Shown: piece after piece, positions 11,908 to 24,320 of the stretch | Layout of the letters: each line of letters starts with the position of its first letter | How positions within the stretch are numbered: position 1 is the first letter of the stretch | Assembly: GCF_001194135.2 (NCBI RefSeq) | Contig: NC_068984.1 | Location: 64,652,168 to 64,715,640, forward strand | DNA: 63,473 nt | From: Octopus bimaculoides | Lineage: Eukaryota | Reading direction: 5' to 3' | Translations under genes and position numbers: made by a program | The notes under the pieces: model-generated | Told to the model about the DNA's origin: nothing | The model's database searches: none | Seen by the model: the letters and a program-made list of their open reading frames with translations, nothing else

Positions 11908-12389
11908 CTTAATTAAATCCCTCTACATTCAGTTTCTCTCCACATATTTTGTTTCTAATTTATATAAACATTTATAAAAAGTACAAGTATAGTAAAACTG
12001 ACAGTTGACAGCTTTCAGAAAGCCAAGAAAGTGTTGAGCAGTTGCCTGTTTGACGCTACTGGCATGCTTTAGTATAGTATAAAGTATAAGGCTTGTATTT
12101 TTGATTTTTTTTTTGGTATAATTTTATATCATTTATTCATTTGTTTGTTTTTTTAAGTGACTTGCATTGATTTGATGCTGAACAGAGAGTGATATATTCT
12201 TATAACATTGCTGTATTATATAAATACACATACATGCACATGTATACGCGCATGCACATATGTATACACACTTACAAACATATTTAAAGTACAAACACAA
12301 ACATTTCAAGCAGAGAATGTAGGCGAGAGGAAGACGACATGAATGGCAAAAAAAGTAGCATTTGAAATATGTGTACACCTCTCTCTCTC

Positions 12390-12430
<41 letters not shown>

Positions 12431-12799
12431 ACACAAAAACATGCACACACTTGTGTGTGTAGATGTATTATGCACATACATATATAAATAGTATGTGAAT
12501 GTGCTTGTGTACATGCACATATGTACACAAGCTGTATTAATGAGTTATAAAGAAATGAAAACGTTTTTCTATCAATCATGAAAAAAAGTAAAACACGTTA
12601 CATAATTTTAACTACATTTGAACATTTGCAGTATGATTTTGCATTGATGATTAATACAGAGGCTCAAACAGGATTTGAACTTTCACTAACTGCTCTATAT
12701 TAAACAATAAATAATTACTTTTAATCACACTAAATTACTAAACTATTCTGCAAGTTAGAATACTATAGGACAAAATTTCCATGGCATGCGAATGGTATG

Positions 12800-12962
12800 A
12801 AATAATGGCATATAATAAATACTGAGTGGTTATAAGTTTGCATCTCAATCGTACAGTTTGAGCTCCAATTCCACTGCATAAAACCTAGAAACACAAGCCG
12901 GCCAAAGCTAAGAGAGTGGATTTTGTTGGTGGAAACTAAAAGAAGCCTGTTTTGTATGTATA

Positions 12963-13013
<51 letters not shown>

Positions 13014-13135
13014 ACAAGTGAGTAGACTAATGAAAGAAGGGCATTCAACACATTTACTGGGAGTTACATGTATGAATAAAAAAAAAGTTTGATTCAAATT
13101 CTGTGCTACTTCATGTTTCAGAGCTNNNNNNNNNN

Positions 13136-13193
<58 letters not shown>

Positions 13194-13345
13194 ACCTTTC
13201 TGTCTGTATCCGTACCACTTGGCAACTGATGTTGGTTTATTTACATCTCCCTCACTTAGAAGTTTGGCAAAAGAGGCCAATAGAATAAGTACCATGCTGT
13301 AGTAAAATAAATACAAGGATTAACTCATTCGGCTAAAACCATTCA
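12800..13345 (+). mobile_element. Degenerate SINE family B copy with internal (TA)n/(TG)n expansions
   Basis: gccaaagctaagagagtggattttg...ggaaactaaaagaagcc; ggcaaaagaggccaatagaataagtac. Confidence 0.65.
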
Positions 13346-14491
13346 GAGCAGTAGTTCCACGGGCACAATACAATGACTGAAATGAACAAAAGTTAAAAGA
13401 CAAAAGATCTAAGTGCTAATCTGAGATTGTAAAGAAGAAAAACCATAAGTGGGAGTCAAATTTGTCTCCATGGGATTGTCAGATAATCATGTTAACTGTT
13501 GCACTGCACTGACTTTGCATAATGCTTCTTTATCAAATTAGTGAACAAAAGTTCTATTTCATAGAAGTTTTCAAGGTAGTAAAATTGGTAACACATTTGC
13601 CTGGCAAGCAATAGATAATTATTTGGAGTCTTATCTAGTGTGTGTGGATTTGTTGTTCTTCATCAATCCTCAAATTAGTGTTTATATGGATATAATGTTT
13701 AATTTTTGGCAACAGACTATGAGCTTCCAAAGCATGCCACTGGCAGATGGGAGATGGTTGTGAGAGAGAGGCGTGAAGAGAAGCATGGTCCCAGCAGCAG
13801 CAGAGGACAAGGAAGCCACAGCAATAACAACAAAGTGGAGGTGAGAAGACCAAGTGTGTGGAAAGGAAGAATGAATGGAGCAGCAATTGTTGGCCAGCGA
13901 TGCATACGAGCATGAATGAATAAAAGAGAGACTAAGCAAGAGAGTGGAGTGACTGCCAGGGTGCAAGGCGAAGATGACAGCAAAGGTGAGGGCACTCACG
14001 TACAGGTGAACGTGGTGGCAGCAGCATATTGAGGACTCGCTGGCCTTGTAGGGTCAAGAGGCACATATCAGCTTGGGCAATTGCTAAGCGGAAGAGAGCA
14101 ACAGGATATAATGCATCGTGTGCATGAATATGCATGACTATGAATGCAGACATAGCCAAATTGCTAAGTAGCTCGTTATGCAACCATTAGCTGCTGGGTT
14201 CAGTTCTACTGTATGACATCTGGAGCAAGGGTTGGGTTCACTCCAAGCTTGTAAGTGAAATTAAATCAACAGGAACTATCTAGAAAACTGTTAGATAGAC
14301 AAAAACCTATAATTCAGATGGTTAGCTTTGTCAAACGATGTATCACAAAGATTCTGCATTAAGGATATATGTGACTGTGGAATAATCAGCAACTTATATG
14401 TTAATTCAATGCATAATTAGTACAGTTGACTGAACAACTGCAGAGTCATCAACAACAAGCAACAGACTTATTATTTGCATATGTATGTATG

Positions 14492-14553
<62 letters not shown>

Positions 14554-14554
<1 letters not shown>

Positions 14555-14625
14555 TTATTCAGTGTTTTTTCAAGATTTCTTGCCAATAAAGAAAGACCTG
14601 ATTTCTAACCTAGATCCAAGGCTCC
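14554..14625 (-). mobile_element. Extreme 3' fragment of the RLE LINE found at 30442-31295
   Basis: ttattcag..tttttcaagatttcttgccaata.agaaaga.c.g.tttctaacctagatccaag is shared with 30445-30515. Flanked by (TG)n on both sides. Confidence 0.75.
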
Positions 14626-14957
14626 TGTGTGTGTGTGTGTGTGCATATGTGTGTGTAAGAATATATATATATCTGTGTATGTATGTATCCCTCTCTGAGT
14701 CTCCATGATCAGTTACCTAGCAAGAGGCTGACACAAGATGACCAGTAATCACATGAGACCTAATGTCCCTCTCCTAAAATGGTGCTGTGACAATAGCTAG
14801 GGATCCAGTGGTTTCACTGCAAACCCTGGCACCAACCAAGGGTGTTTTCTGAGCCCCCACATTCAGATGGTATATCATCACTTATGTTTGTTAACCCATA
14901 GCAATCTTTATAGTCATCTCATTTGTCATTCCATGTACTGAAAGTCTTACAATGACA

Positions 14958-15153
14958 GAAGAAAGGCAGTCCTAATCAGTTGGAAGTGCGCAGCAAGCTA
15001 CAACTTTCATCTGTCATCTATGCTTTAAACCATGCAGATCTATAATGGGAATGAATAGTCATCTGAGAGGTCATGGATGGAAAATCAGAAATGCTATTGA
15101 CAACAAAGAAGCACAAGGAGGTAGCAATCATCTGTGAAGATGGAGCAATCACT
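14958..15153 (+). mobile_element. RTE LINE 3' end with C-terminal C2H2-like finger and (ATGT)n tail
   Basis: Translates [24 protein letters not shown], resembling the CxxCxxxCxSxxGLxSHxRxH C-terminus of RTE/BovB-like ORFs. Confidence 0.75.
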
Positions 15154-15231
15154 ATGTATGTATGTATGTATGTATGTATGTATGTATGTATGCATGTATG
15201 TATGTGTGTATGCATGTATGTATGTATGTAC

Positions 15232-15264
<33 letters not shown>

Positions 15265-16199
15265 AATGAATGAATGTATGTATGTGTGTGTGTGTGCATG
15301 CATATATGGAAATGTGTGTTTGTGTGTGTGTGTGTATGTGTGTGTGTGCATGCCTGAGGTTGATGGTTCTATTCCTATCTCACTATCAAACATTCACACA
15401 TGCATGCAGAATGTATCTCTTCAACTTGTCTGAAACAATCAGCTATACATGATTTTACTGATTCTTCTATCTGTCTTTATCTGCTAATAATTAGTTCTTC
15501 AGTAGATTGTTAATTAGAATCCAAATGATAAAAAGAACCATTCGTTTATCCATAGAACTATGTTGAGTGAGGATTATTGTAATTCCTCTATTGACAAAAA
15601 TGGATGCTGGCCAAGCTAATCGAGATTCTTGGTTGTGTGTTGCACAAAAGAAATTATTGTAACTTAATGCAGCTTCTACATGCTGTTGTATCGTTTACAG
15701 TTAATAATCAATAGCTCACATACAGTCTAACTTATTCACTCTCTCTTCTATTCACACCACCAATGCCCCCTTTCTCTTTTCATCTATCTATCTATCTAAC
15801 CACACACTCAAACATATTGTTTGTTCACACATATACTTGCCCAATCTGCAGACCACATGAACACGCACACACAAGCCCATGTTTTATTTTCTACAAACTA
15901 TAACATACACAATACATATGCATGTTTCTTTATATACACTCACTGATCTCGTACAAGCTACTCATCTTCTTTGTTGCCATTTCATAGAAATGCCTACTCC
16001 TCAACACACACATGCACACACACACACTGTATTTTTCCTTCACTCTTTTCCTTTCATTCTGTCATAAACACACTCAGACATAAAACACTTGCGTTTTGAT
16101 GCCCATTTAGGAATATTCAGCCTTGAACTGTGGTCTTTTAATTCTTGGATTCTACCATTCCTCAATACACAATACGCATGTGATTATAATGTTGCTTAC

Positions 16200-16300
16200 T
16201 TATCTGGTTCCACATTTCATAGTCAATATTTAAAGCAGTGAAGACTGATTCATGAAGTATTTTCCTTTGAAAGAATGTTACCATCTTTAGGGACTTGCTT
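16200..16300 (-). CDS. Candidate 101-nt coding exon (R)SKSLKMVTFFQRKILHESVFTALNIDYEMWNQI
   Basis: Acceptor ctttcttataacag and donor ATAA|gtaagc. Only one of three frames is open. Confidence 0.5.
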
Positions 16301-16341
16301 CTGTTATAAGAAAGCTATTTATATACGAACAACTTACAAAG

Positions 16342-16380
<39 letters not shown>

Positions 16381-16842
16381 ACACACACACACATACATAT
16401 ACATACATATACATACGTACATATGTATATACATGCACTGTATGCATGTGTGTAGTTAGCATATGGATCAATGTATACACATATTTATATGTATAGACAG
16501 ACATACATATACATATATATAGTAGTGTGTATGTGTGTACAAACAGATAAATAGACTGTCAGACAGACACTGATATGCATATACATACATACATACATAC
16601 ATACATACATACACATGTGGATATGGGCATACATATGTCTCCTTATTTCTTCATGTGTGAAACAGATATACAAACATTTGCAAAAAACCACAAAACAAAC
16701 ACATTTTCTATTAATACAAAAAAAATCTTCTGGACACAATTTCAATGCAGACGAATTTCTTTCCATATTTTCTTATTTGTTTTGTTCTGTTTCCCCTGCT
16801 TCTTTTTACATAGTATGATCTTTCAAGTAAGAAATAACGTAC

Positions 16843-17017
16843 CTGATGAACTTGTCATTACTTATAATCAAAATATCAATCAAATTCATACTATTTCACA
16901 CTTGATGTAAAACTGCCTTCATCTTTCTATAGTTAATTGCTAAATCTGTCATACTGTCTGAACAATTTCTAGCTCTGTAAGCTTCATCATTAAGTTCATT
17001 AATGTAGTCTCTGTCTA
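16843..17017 (-). CDS. Candidate 175-nt exon DRDYINELNDEAYRARNCSDSMTDLAINYRKMKAVLHQV*NSMNLIDILIISNDKFI(R) with in-frame TGA at 16896-16898
   Basis: NAGNAG acceptor (ttcttgattttaatagtag) and donor CAG|gtacgt. Phase-compatible with both flanking candidate exons only when read through the TGA. Confidence 0.4.
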
Positions 17018-17091
17018 CTATTAAAATCAAGAAATTATTACACTTATTATTAATATTATTATTATTATCATTATAGCCATTATTATTTCTA

Positions 17092-17888
17092 AAAAGCTGA
17101 ACATTAGAAGCATCAGTTGTGGCGTGCAAGAGAGACGATTGCGCTGGTATGGACATGTGGTGAGAATGGAGGAGGATAGCTGCGTGAAAAAGTGCCACAC
17201 CCTAACAGTTGAGGGAACCCGTGGAAGAGGTAGGCCCAGGAAGACCTGGGCTGAGGTGGTGAGGCAAGACCTTCGTACATTGGGCCTCACCGAGGCGATG
17301 ACTACGGACCGAGACCTTTGGAAATGGGCTGTGCGTGAGAAGACCCGGCAAGCCAAGTAAGATCGTTGCCAGTGCCCCTGGACTGGTTCTTGTGCGGGTA
17401 GCACATGAGATGCACCATTTTGAGNNNNNNNNNNNNNNNNNNNNNNNNNNNNNNNNNNNNNNNNNNNNNNNNNNNNNNNNNNNNNNNNNNNNNNNNNNNN
17501 NNNNNNNNNNNNNNNNNNNNNNNNNNNNNNNNNNNNNNNNNNNNNNNNNNNNNNNNNNNNNNNNNNNNNNNNNNNNNNNNNNNNNNNNNNNNNNNNNNNN
17601 NNNNNNNNNNNNNNNNNNNNNNNNNNNNNNNNNNNNNNNNNNNNNNNNNNNNNNNNNNNNNNNNNNNNNNNNNNNNNNNNNNNNNNNNNNNGTGCGGGTG
17701 ACACGTAAAAGCACCCACTACACTCTCTGAGTGGTTGGCGTTAGGAAGGGCATCCAGCTGTAGAAACTCTGCCAAATTAGATTGGAGCCTGGTGTTGCCA
17801 TCCGGTTTCACCAGTCCTCAGTCAAATCGTCCAACCCATGCTAGCATGGAAAGCGGACGTTAAACGATGATGATGATGATGATGATGA
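17092..17888 (+). mobile_element. 5'-truncated RTE-clade LINE (C-terminal ORF plus 3' UTR), relatively young
   Basis: QERRLRWYGHVVRMEEDSCVKKCHTLTVEGTRGRGRPRKTWAEVVRQDL...DRDLWK carries the RLRWxGHVxRM and GRPRKTW motifs of RTE ORFs. (GAT)n tail. Internal gap 17425-17691. Confidence 0.93.
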
Positions 17889-17889
17889 T

Positions 17890-18592
17890 TAAGGTGGCAA
17901 GCTGGCAGAATCGTTAGCATGCAGGACGAAATGCTTAGTGATATTTCGCCCGTTGCTACATTCTGAGTTGAAAGTCTGCCGAGGTCGACTTTGCCTTTCA
18001 TCCTTTCAGGGCCAATAAATTAAGTACTGGGATTGATGTAATCGACTAACCTCCTTCCACCAAGTTTTAGGCTTTGTGCCTTTACTAGAAAGGATTATTA
18101 TGATTATTATTATTATTATCATTAAGGTGGCAAGCTGGTAGAGTTGTTAGCACACCAGGCAAAATGCTTAGTGGCATTTTGTCCATTTCTATGATCTGAG
18201 ATCAAATTCTGCTGAGGTTGAGCTTGCCTTTCATCCTTTCAGGGTCAATAAATTAAGTACTAATGGAACACTGAAATCGATGTTATCGACTAGTCCCCTC
18301 CCCTAATATTTCAGGCATTGTGCCTTTAGTAGAAAGGATTATTATCATAATCATTATTATTATTGTTATTATTATTATTATCATTATTATTATTACTATT
18401 ATTATTATATGAAGGTAGTGGATTGACAGAATCATTAAAGTGTTGGGAAAATGCCTTGCAATACTTGTTTCAGCTCTAAACATTCTAAGTTCAAATCATG
18501 CCAAATGTCAATTCTGTATTTCGTCCTTCTGGGGTCGATAGAGTTGACAAACACCTTCCCCAAAAATTTCTGGCCTTGTGTCTATATCAGAA
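17890..18592 (+). mobile_element. Three tandem SINE family C copies separated by (ATT)n
   Basis: Starts taaggtggcaagctggcagaatcg at ~17890, ~18122 and ~18412. Confidence 0.85.
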
Positions 18593-19263
18593 ACAAAACC
18601 AGTCATCACCAGCAACACCATCATCATCAATACCACAACCATCATAAGTAGTAGTAGTAGTAGTAGTAGTAGTGGTCATATTAGTGATTATGGTCATGAT
18701 CACAGTGGTGTTGCACTCGTTGGATGTAATGGTGTTGACCACTGTTGGATGTAGTGGTCAAAAGATTCAAACCTTCTTATCTAACTAAAGCCAGGGCTGT
18801 TGTTCCATGCATATGAATTCTACCAAATTTCCACTATATGCTTAAATAACATAAGATATATTAGTCCACAGCTCTACTGCATTGGCTGTCTTCCCTCACA
18901 AAAGCACCAGCACCACCGCTCCCACTACTACTGCTATTGCTACTACTATTACTACTACAACTACATGTCAATAGAGTTTGTTGGTGGAGGGCTTCCAAAA
19001 ATTAAATTAGAGTTCATGATATAGAAAAGTCTTTTAGCAAATATCACGAACTATAATGTGGTATTTGGATCAACTCCATAACTGAAGGTCTACTAACATA
19101 GTTAGAGACTTCTCTGATGTCACGAAATACCTACAACAGTCAGTTCACTGCCACTAACAATCATCAACAACAGAAACAGCAGTAGCAGCAGCTTCTATCT
19201 TTACTGTTTGTTATCTCATTGTCTACTACTGTTTTGTGTCTGTGTGTGTATGGGTATGTCTAT

Positions 19264-19296
<33 letters not shown>

Positions 19297-19668
19297 ATAT
19301 GCATGTATGCTCATAAAAAAATGTATATAAAGAAATTATTGTTTTTTTGCACGTACCGTCAATAAAGCACATGCATTCATTGATTAGTTTATATATCTAC
19401 ATACATGTGCAAATGCATATATATATCAATACGGATGCAAATGCAGAAAAGCTGCAGTAGTGGTAGAATTCAATTATATAACACAGATGTCATTTCTCTA
19501 AATGTAAGATCTTAACTGACAGGAAAATGACTAGGATGTTATGACGTTCATGCCTTTCCCATGAATGTTAGCAACTTAAATGACATGAACTATCCTTAGC
19601 TGAGGATTTACACTGTCAGGTACTTCTTTCACAGAAAATTATCCAATGAAAATAGTTGAAATTCTTAC

Positions 19669-19720
19669 ATAAACTAATAAAAACTGAAAGTGCTGTTCCA
19701 GCAGGTCTTAGCCCTGATGG
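19669..19720 (-). CDS. Candidate 52-nt exon PSGLRPAGTALSVFISL
   Basis: Acceptor gttcttcagttagttttag and donor TAT|gtaaga. Single open frame. Phase 1 end fits the exon at 17017. Confidence 0.35.
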
Positions 19721-21003
19721 CTAAAACTAACTGAAGAACTATATTGATACACATTAGTAAACACCTCAGTTCAAGTGAAAAAATACCATAGCACACTAAT
19801 ATGGTATGTGAACTATTATACTAAAGAAACAGTCTTTGACTTTAGGCTACAACTATAGCATATTGAATTTTATTACACTTGCCATATTATACACCACTAC
19901 CACAACCTCCCACCACCACCATCTTCTTCATTCAACGTTGCAAACCACAAAAAAATTAGTTACCACGGTTTTTGTCACGTTTTATTGCTTGAGTGTTGTT
20001 AGTGCTGGTGCTTCAGAAACTACTGAAGCTAACAAGTTCAAATATTTATCATTATTACCATGCCGAACATTTTCTTTCTTTTTTCTCTCTCATTATTATT
20101 ATTATTTTTTTTCTTTTTAGTTTTCTGCTTTCAAAGGGTTTCTTTTCATTTTTTTGTTGTTGTGTATTTTTTTTAGTAACTTATTTGATTATTAAGTATA
20201 TGGTTCTTTACCACATGCTATATACAGACAATATGGCCAAAAGGAAAATGTTTCAGACAAGAATTCTGCATACTGGTGAAAGTAACTTTCATGGTTGTTT
20301 CTTTTTGTCAGCTGGCTTTGACAACAAAATCTATTCCAATTTGCATTGTCTTTATTGTGCAGAAATTTTGATCAACTAATCTTATTGGAATTATCCCCCT
20401 TGTCTGTTGATTTTAGATTTAAACACAGCTTGAGGAAAATTTTTGTCTACTCATCTTAATTCATCAAAGTCAACACACTTATAAAATAAAATATGAGTGA
20501 CCCTACTGCTTCTTTTATTTAAAATGCAGAACATTTCCCCAAACTATTTTCCCTCAGCTATATTGCTGTAATTCATAATCATGTATTGAGCACTGTAAGT
20601 CTTGACAACTTAGTAAAATGCAATTAACTGAGGAGGCCTATTAAAACTGAAACAGCTGCATTCACCAAATAGTTTTAAAGACCAGATTAACACTAATCTG
20701 CACTATTTATATTTCATTTCATTCAACTAAATTCATTACAATTATGTCCTTTGCATGTTGTTTTTATTAGATTTTGAATACCTCTAAGGGAAGTTTTTTC
20801 TACTAATTAGTTGGATAATCCCAGTTAACCCAAATTTTTATGTCATTTGCCAGGTTACACAGACAATAGAATGGAAGGGTGAACAGAGGGTAAAATGTGA
20901 ACATTAGCAACATAATTTCTTTTGGATATATTAGTAGCTATAGCAGTTAATATTACTTGGTAATAATAACTAAAACTAAATAGTAGTTACAGTAGTTAAA
21001 ATA

Positions 21004-21372
21004 TCATATATAAAATGTCATGTAGTCTGAAATATAGACTATATGATAAAAAAAAACTCTTTTCATTTCTTTCAACATCTTTTTTGTTAATAATGAGTCA
21101 AATATGTTTTTGACAATGTAATGGAAGGGAGAAATTGCATGTTGATCAAAGACAATGATTGAGTTTCTCCTTAGTTGGTCAAAAATTGTAAGGCTTAGCA
21201 TTTGTAGCAAATTTGAAGGCTTTAGCTGTGTGATATCTGTGAATAAGGAGCATGTAGCAGAGCAATGTGGATACTTTGATATGAGTAGTAATTGAGATTT
21301 ATGAGAGATGAATGAGATTAGATCATCATATTCTCTTTCATTTTCATTAAGGGGCATATGGTTAAGGTCTTC
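21004..21372 (-). CDS. Long open frame in non-repetitive DNA (EDLNHMPLNENEREYDDLISF...MTFYI*); candidate exon
   Basis: 117-aa ORF in the track; the frame stays open ~13 more codons upstream. Acceptor-like ttgctgtgcttctctag sits just upstream. No family recognised. Confidence 0.3.
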   Translation of the reverse strand, partial: EDLNHMPLNENEREYDDLISFISHKSQLLLISKYPHCSATCSLFTDITQLKPSNLLQMLSLTIFDQLRRNSIIVFDQHAISPFHYIVKNIFDSLLTKKMLKEMKRVFFYHIVYISDYMTFYI

Positions 21373-21524
21373 TAGAGAAGCACAGCAACAAGGTGTTTAG
21401 GATATGAATGGATGATACATATATCTTTAAAATAAGAGGCTATAAAATAAACCCCACAAAGATGTTATGTTTATGTACCATTAATATAAATTAAAAAAGA
21501 AAACACTGTCAAGATACATATTAG

Positions 21525-21694
21525 GTGCAGGAGTGGCTGTATGGTAAGTAGCTTGCTTACCAACCACATGGTTCCAGGTTCATTCCCACTGTGTGGCACC
21601 TTTGGCAAGTGTCTTCTACTATAGCCTCGGGCCAACCAAATCCTTATGAGTGGATTTGGTAGACGGAAACTGAAAGAAGCCTGTCGTATATATG

Positions 21695-21725
<31 letters not shown>

Positions 21726-21950
21726 ATATGTTTGTGTGTCTGTGTTTGTCCCCCCCCACCCTCAACATCGCTTGACAACCGATGCTGGTGTGTTTACGTA
21801 CCCCGTAACTTAGCAGTTTGGCAAAAGAGGCCGATAGAATAAGTATTAGGCTTACAAAGAATAAGTGCTGGGGTCGATTTGCTCGACTAAAGGTGGTGCT
21901 CCAGCATGGCCGCAGTCAAATGACTGAAACAAGTAAAAGAGTAAAAGAGT
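21525..21950 (+). mobile_element. Full-length tRNA-headed SINE family B
   Basis: ggagtggctgtatggtaagtagcttgcttaccaaccacatggttccaggttc...gtggatttggtagacggaaactgaaagaagcc...ccagcatggccgcagtcaaatgactgaaacaagtaaaagagtaaaagag. Confidence 0.9.
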
Positions 21951-22189
21951 ATTAAGCTTAACCCTCCACATCAAACTTAAACGAATGCTGACTATGTTCT
22001 TAAGCCATATTTAAAGAATGTAAAGTCAGAAGTAGATGTATACGTTTAAGCAACTTGCTTTGCAGTATTTCCTGACTGTATCCTTGACTCTGATAATGGG
22101 AAATAGTCTACTGCCTCCACATCTAAATCCCTTCATCTCACTTCTCTTCCTCTCCTTCTCTCTCACATGAAGGATAACAGATGGGTAAA

Positions 22190-22378
22190 GAAGCATGAGG
22201 ATATCCAAAATGAATGAAACTGTGGAAGAGGGAAATCAAGGAAGACATGGGAAGAAATAGTTAAAAGTAATTCCAGAAAGTTGAACCTCACACAAAAGAT
22301 CTAATAAACGGAGAGATGCTGTGTAGAAGACCTGTTCAAATCATGCAAGCGTGGAAAAGTAAATGGAAAATGATCGTT
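22190..22378 (+). mobile_element. Old RTE LINE 3' remnant
   Basis: Translates CGRGKSRKTWEEIVKSNSRKLNLT, followed by a degenerate tail (catgcaagcgtggaaaag). Confidence 0.65.
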
Positions 22379-23561
22379 ATTTTTTTATGTATGTTTGCAT
22401 GCGTTCATGTATGCGTACATAGGTTTCTGACTATGTCTTGCTATACCAGTATATATTAACTATATCTCTATACTTTCTACTATACCAACATTCATAAAAT
22501 GTTTTTACATATATACCCCTACATACATGCATCCAAACATGACTATTTATGTACACACATAGATAGGAGTATGTATATAAAAACATTTACATACACACAC
22601 ACATATAAATATATGCATATACATAGATATACATATACATATTTATACATATATATATATATATATATTATAAACATATACATACACACACACACACACA
22701 CATATATATATACACATACATACATATACACACACACACATATATATGCACACATATATATAGAGAGAGATACACATATATATATACATACACATGTACA
22801 AACACACACATATATATACGTACATATGCATGTATGTATACATGATGTATTGTATATACATGTGCGTATGTGTGTGTAGTTAAACCACAAGATTTTGTAA
22901 GGATATTCAAGTGGTGCACATCGCCAATGACCAGCCGCTGGCTATTTGGGATCATCTCCATTCTATGATGTAATTACACTTTCAATCTTGTTGAAAATAA
23001 AGATTTTCTTCTTTGCTTGATTCTCTGCTGAACAAGTAGACATGCAAACATAACTGAAATACTGGCATCAGCTTTCTAATTTAGTCTTCCTGAAGGCAAT
23101 GATAGCCATGGCACTGTAGGACGGTCATCGGAAGATACGTGATTAAATGCCTGTTGGAAGTTATTGCATTATTTCTCAAAATTCTAATGCTTATGCATGC
23201 ACACACACACAAAGATGTGAATGCATGTACATGTGCATATTTACATACACATATAGAGAATAAATATTTATCACATGCAGAACTTCAATTGTTTAGCGTT
23301 TATTGATCATAGATCTCCATTAGTAGTATATTAGCCCTATTGTCTTCATGTAGCAAGCAAACGAGAATGAGGAAGTTCGTGCCTTTTCCAGGAACATTAA
23401 TAGAATAATTAAAAGACCAACATATACAGTCTGAGTTCACCAAGATCTAAACTCCCACGCTACATCACGCAGTTACTATGCATACTAAACGTATATATAT
23501 GTGCATGTGTATATGTGCTTATGTTTGTGTGCATGTATGCTTGTGTACATATGTGTGTGTG

Positions 23562-23604
<43 letters not shown>

Positions 23605-24034
23605 GCACACACATTATTCACACATACACATGTGTGTGTGTGTGAATATCAAGCTCCTAGTTTTTAGGCTATTAGAGTATTTTTCTTGCATAGTACATAT
23701 TATGCAGAAGTTGTCCATGTATAGCAGATTTCTTCCATGCCAAGTAGTAACTGCAAGCGGTATAATAACAGAGTTATGATCTCACTACTAATAACACAGA
23801 ACAGCCAAGAGCTGTATTTAAAAGACTGACCTATGCACAAAACTGTTTCTTCCAACTATAAAACTGAATTAGCAATATTAACACAGAGGCTGTGTCTGGG
23901 TGAATATTGATATAAAAATTCAAACTTCCTACTGCACTTCTCATGTCACATCTTTGCATTTATATCAGATTATATTAGCTCTACTACAGAACATTCAGCA
24001 CCGCAGTTATATTATAAATGTATATATAAATGGG

Positions 24035-24320
24035 CCACATGGAGGCAATGACAAATGACCGAGACCTTTGGCAATATGCCGTGCTTGAGAAGAAGACACA
24101 TCAAGCCAAGTGTACTCATAGTTGTGGCAGATACTGTTGTCATGTAACTGACACGTAAAAGCACCCATTACACTCTCGGAGTGGTTGGCATCCAGCTGTA
24201 GAAACCATGCAAAATCAGACTGGAGTCTGGATCAGGCCCTCAACTTACCAGCTCTGGTCAAACCGTCCAACCCATGCCAGCATGGATAAGAGACGTTAAA
24301 TAATGATGATGATGATGATG
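24035..24320 (+). mobile_element. RTE LINE 3' end fragment
   Basis: gaccgagacctttggcaatatgccgtgcttgagaagaagac matches 17306-17345; followed by the UTR and (GAT)n tail. Confidence 0.85.

Noticed and set aside
17890-18592. CRISPR-like repeat-spacer array
   Set aside because: Units are ~200-bp diverged SINEs with microsatellite spacers in a eukaryote, with no cas genes.
19945-20030. Extra exon (ASVVSEAPALTTLKQ*NVTKTV) that would complete the phase chain
   Set aside because: Needs another in-frame TAA, which a single edit cannot fix; likely over-fitting.
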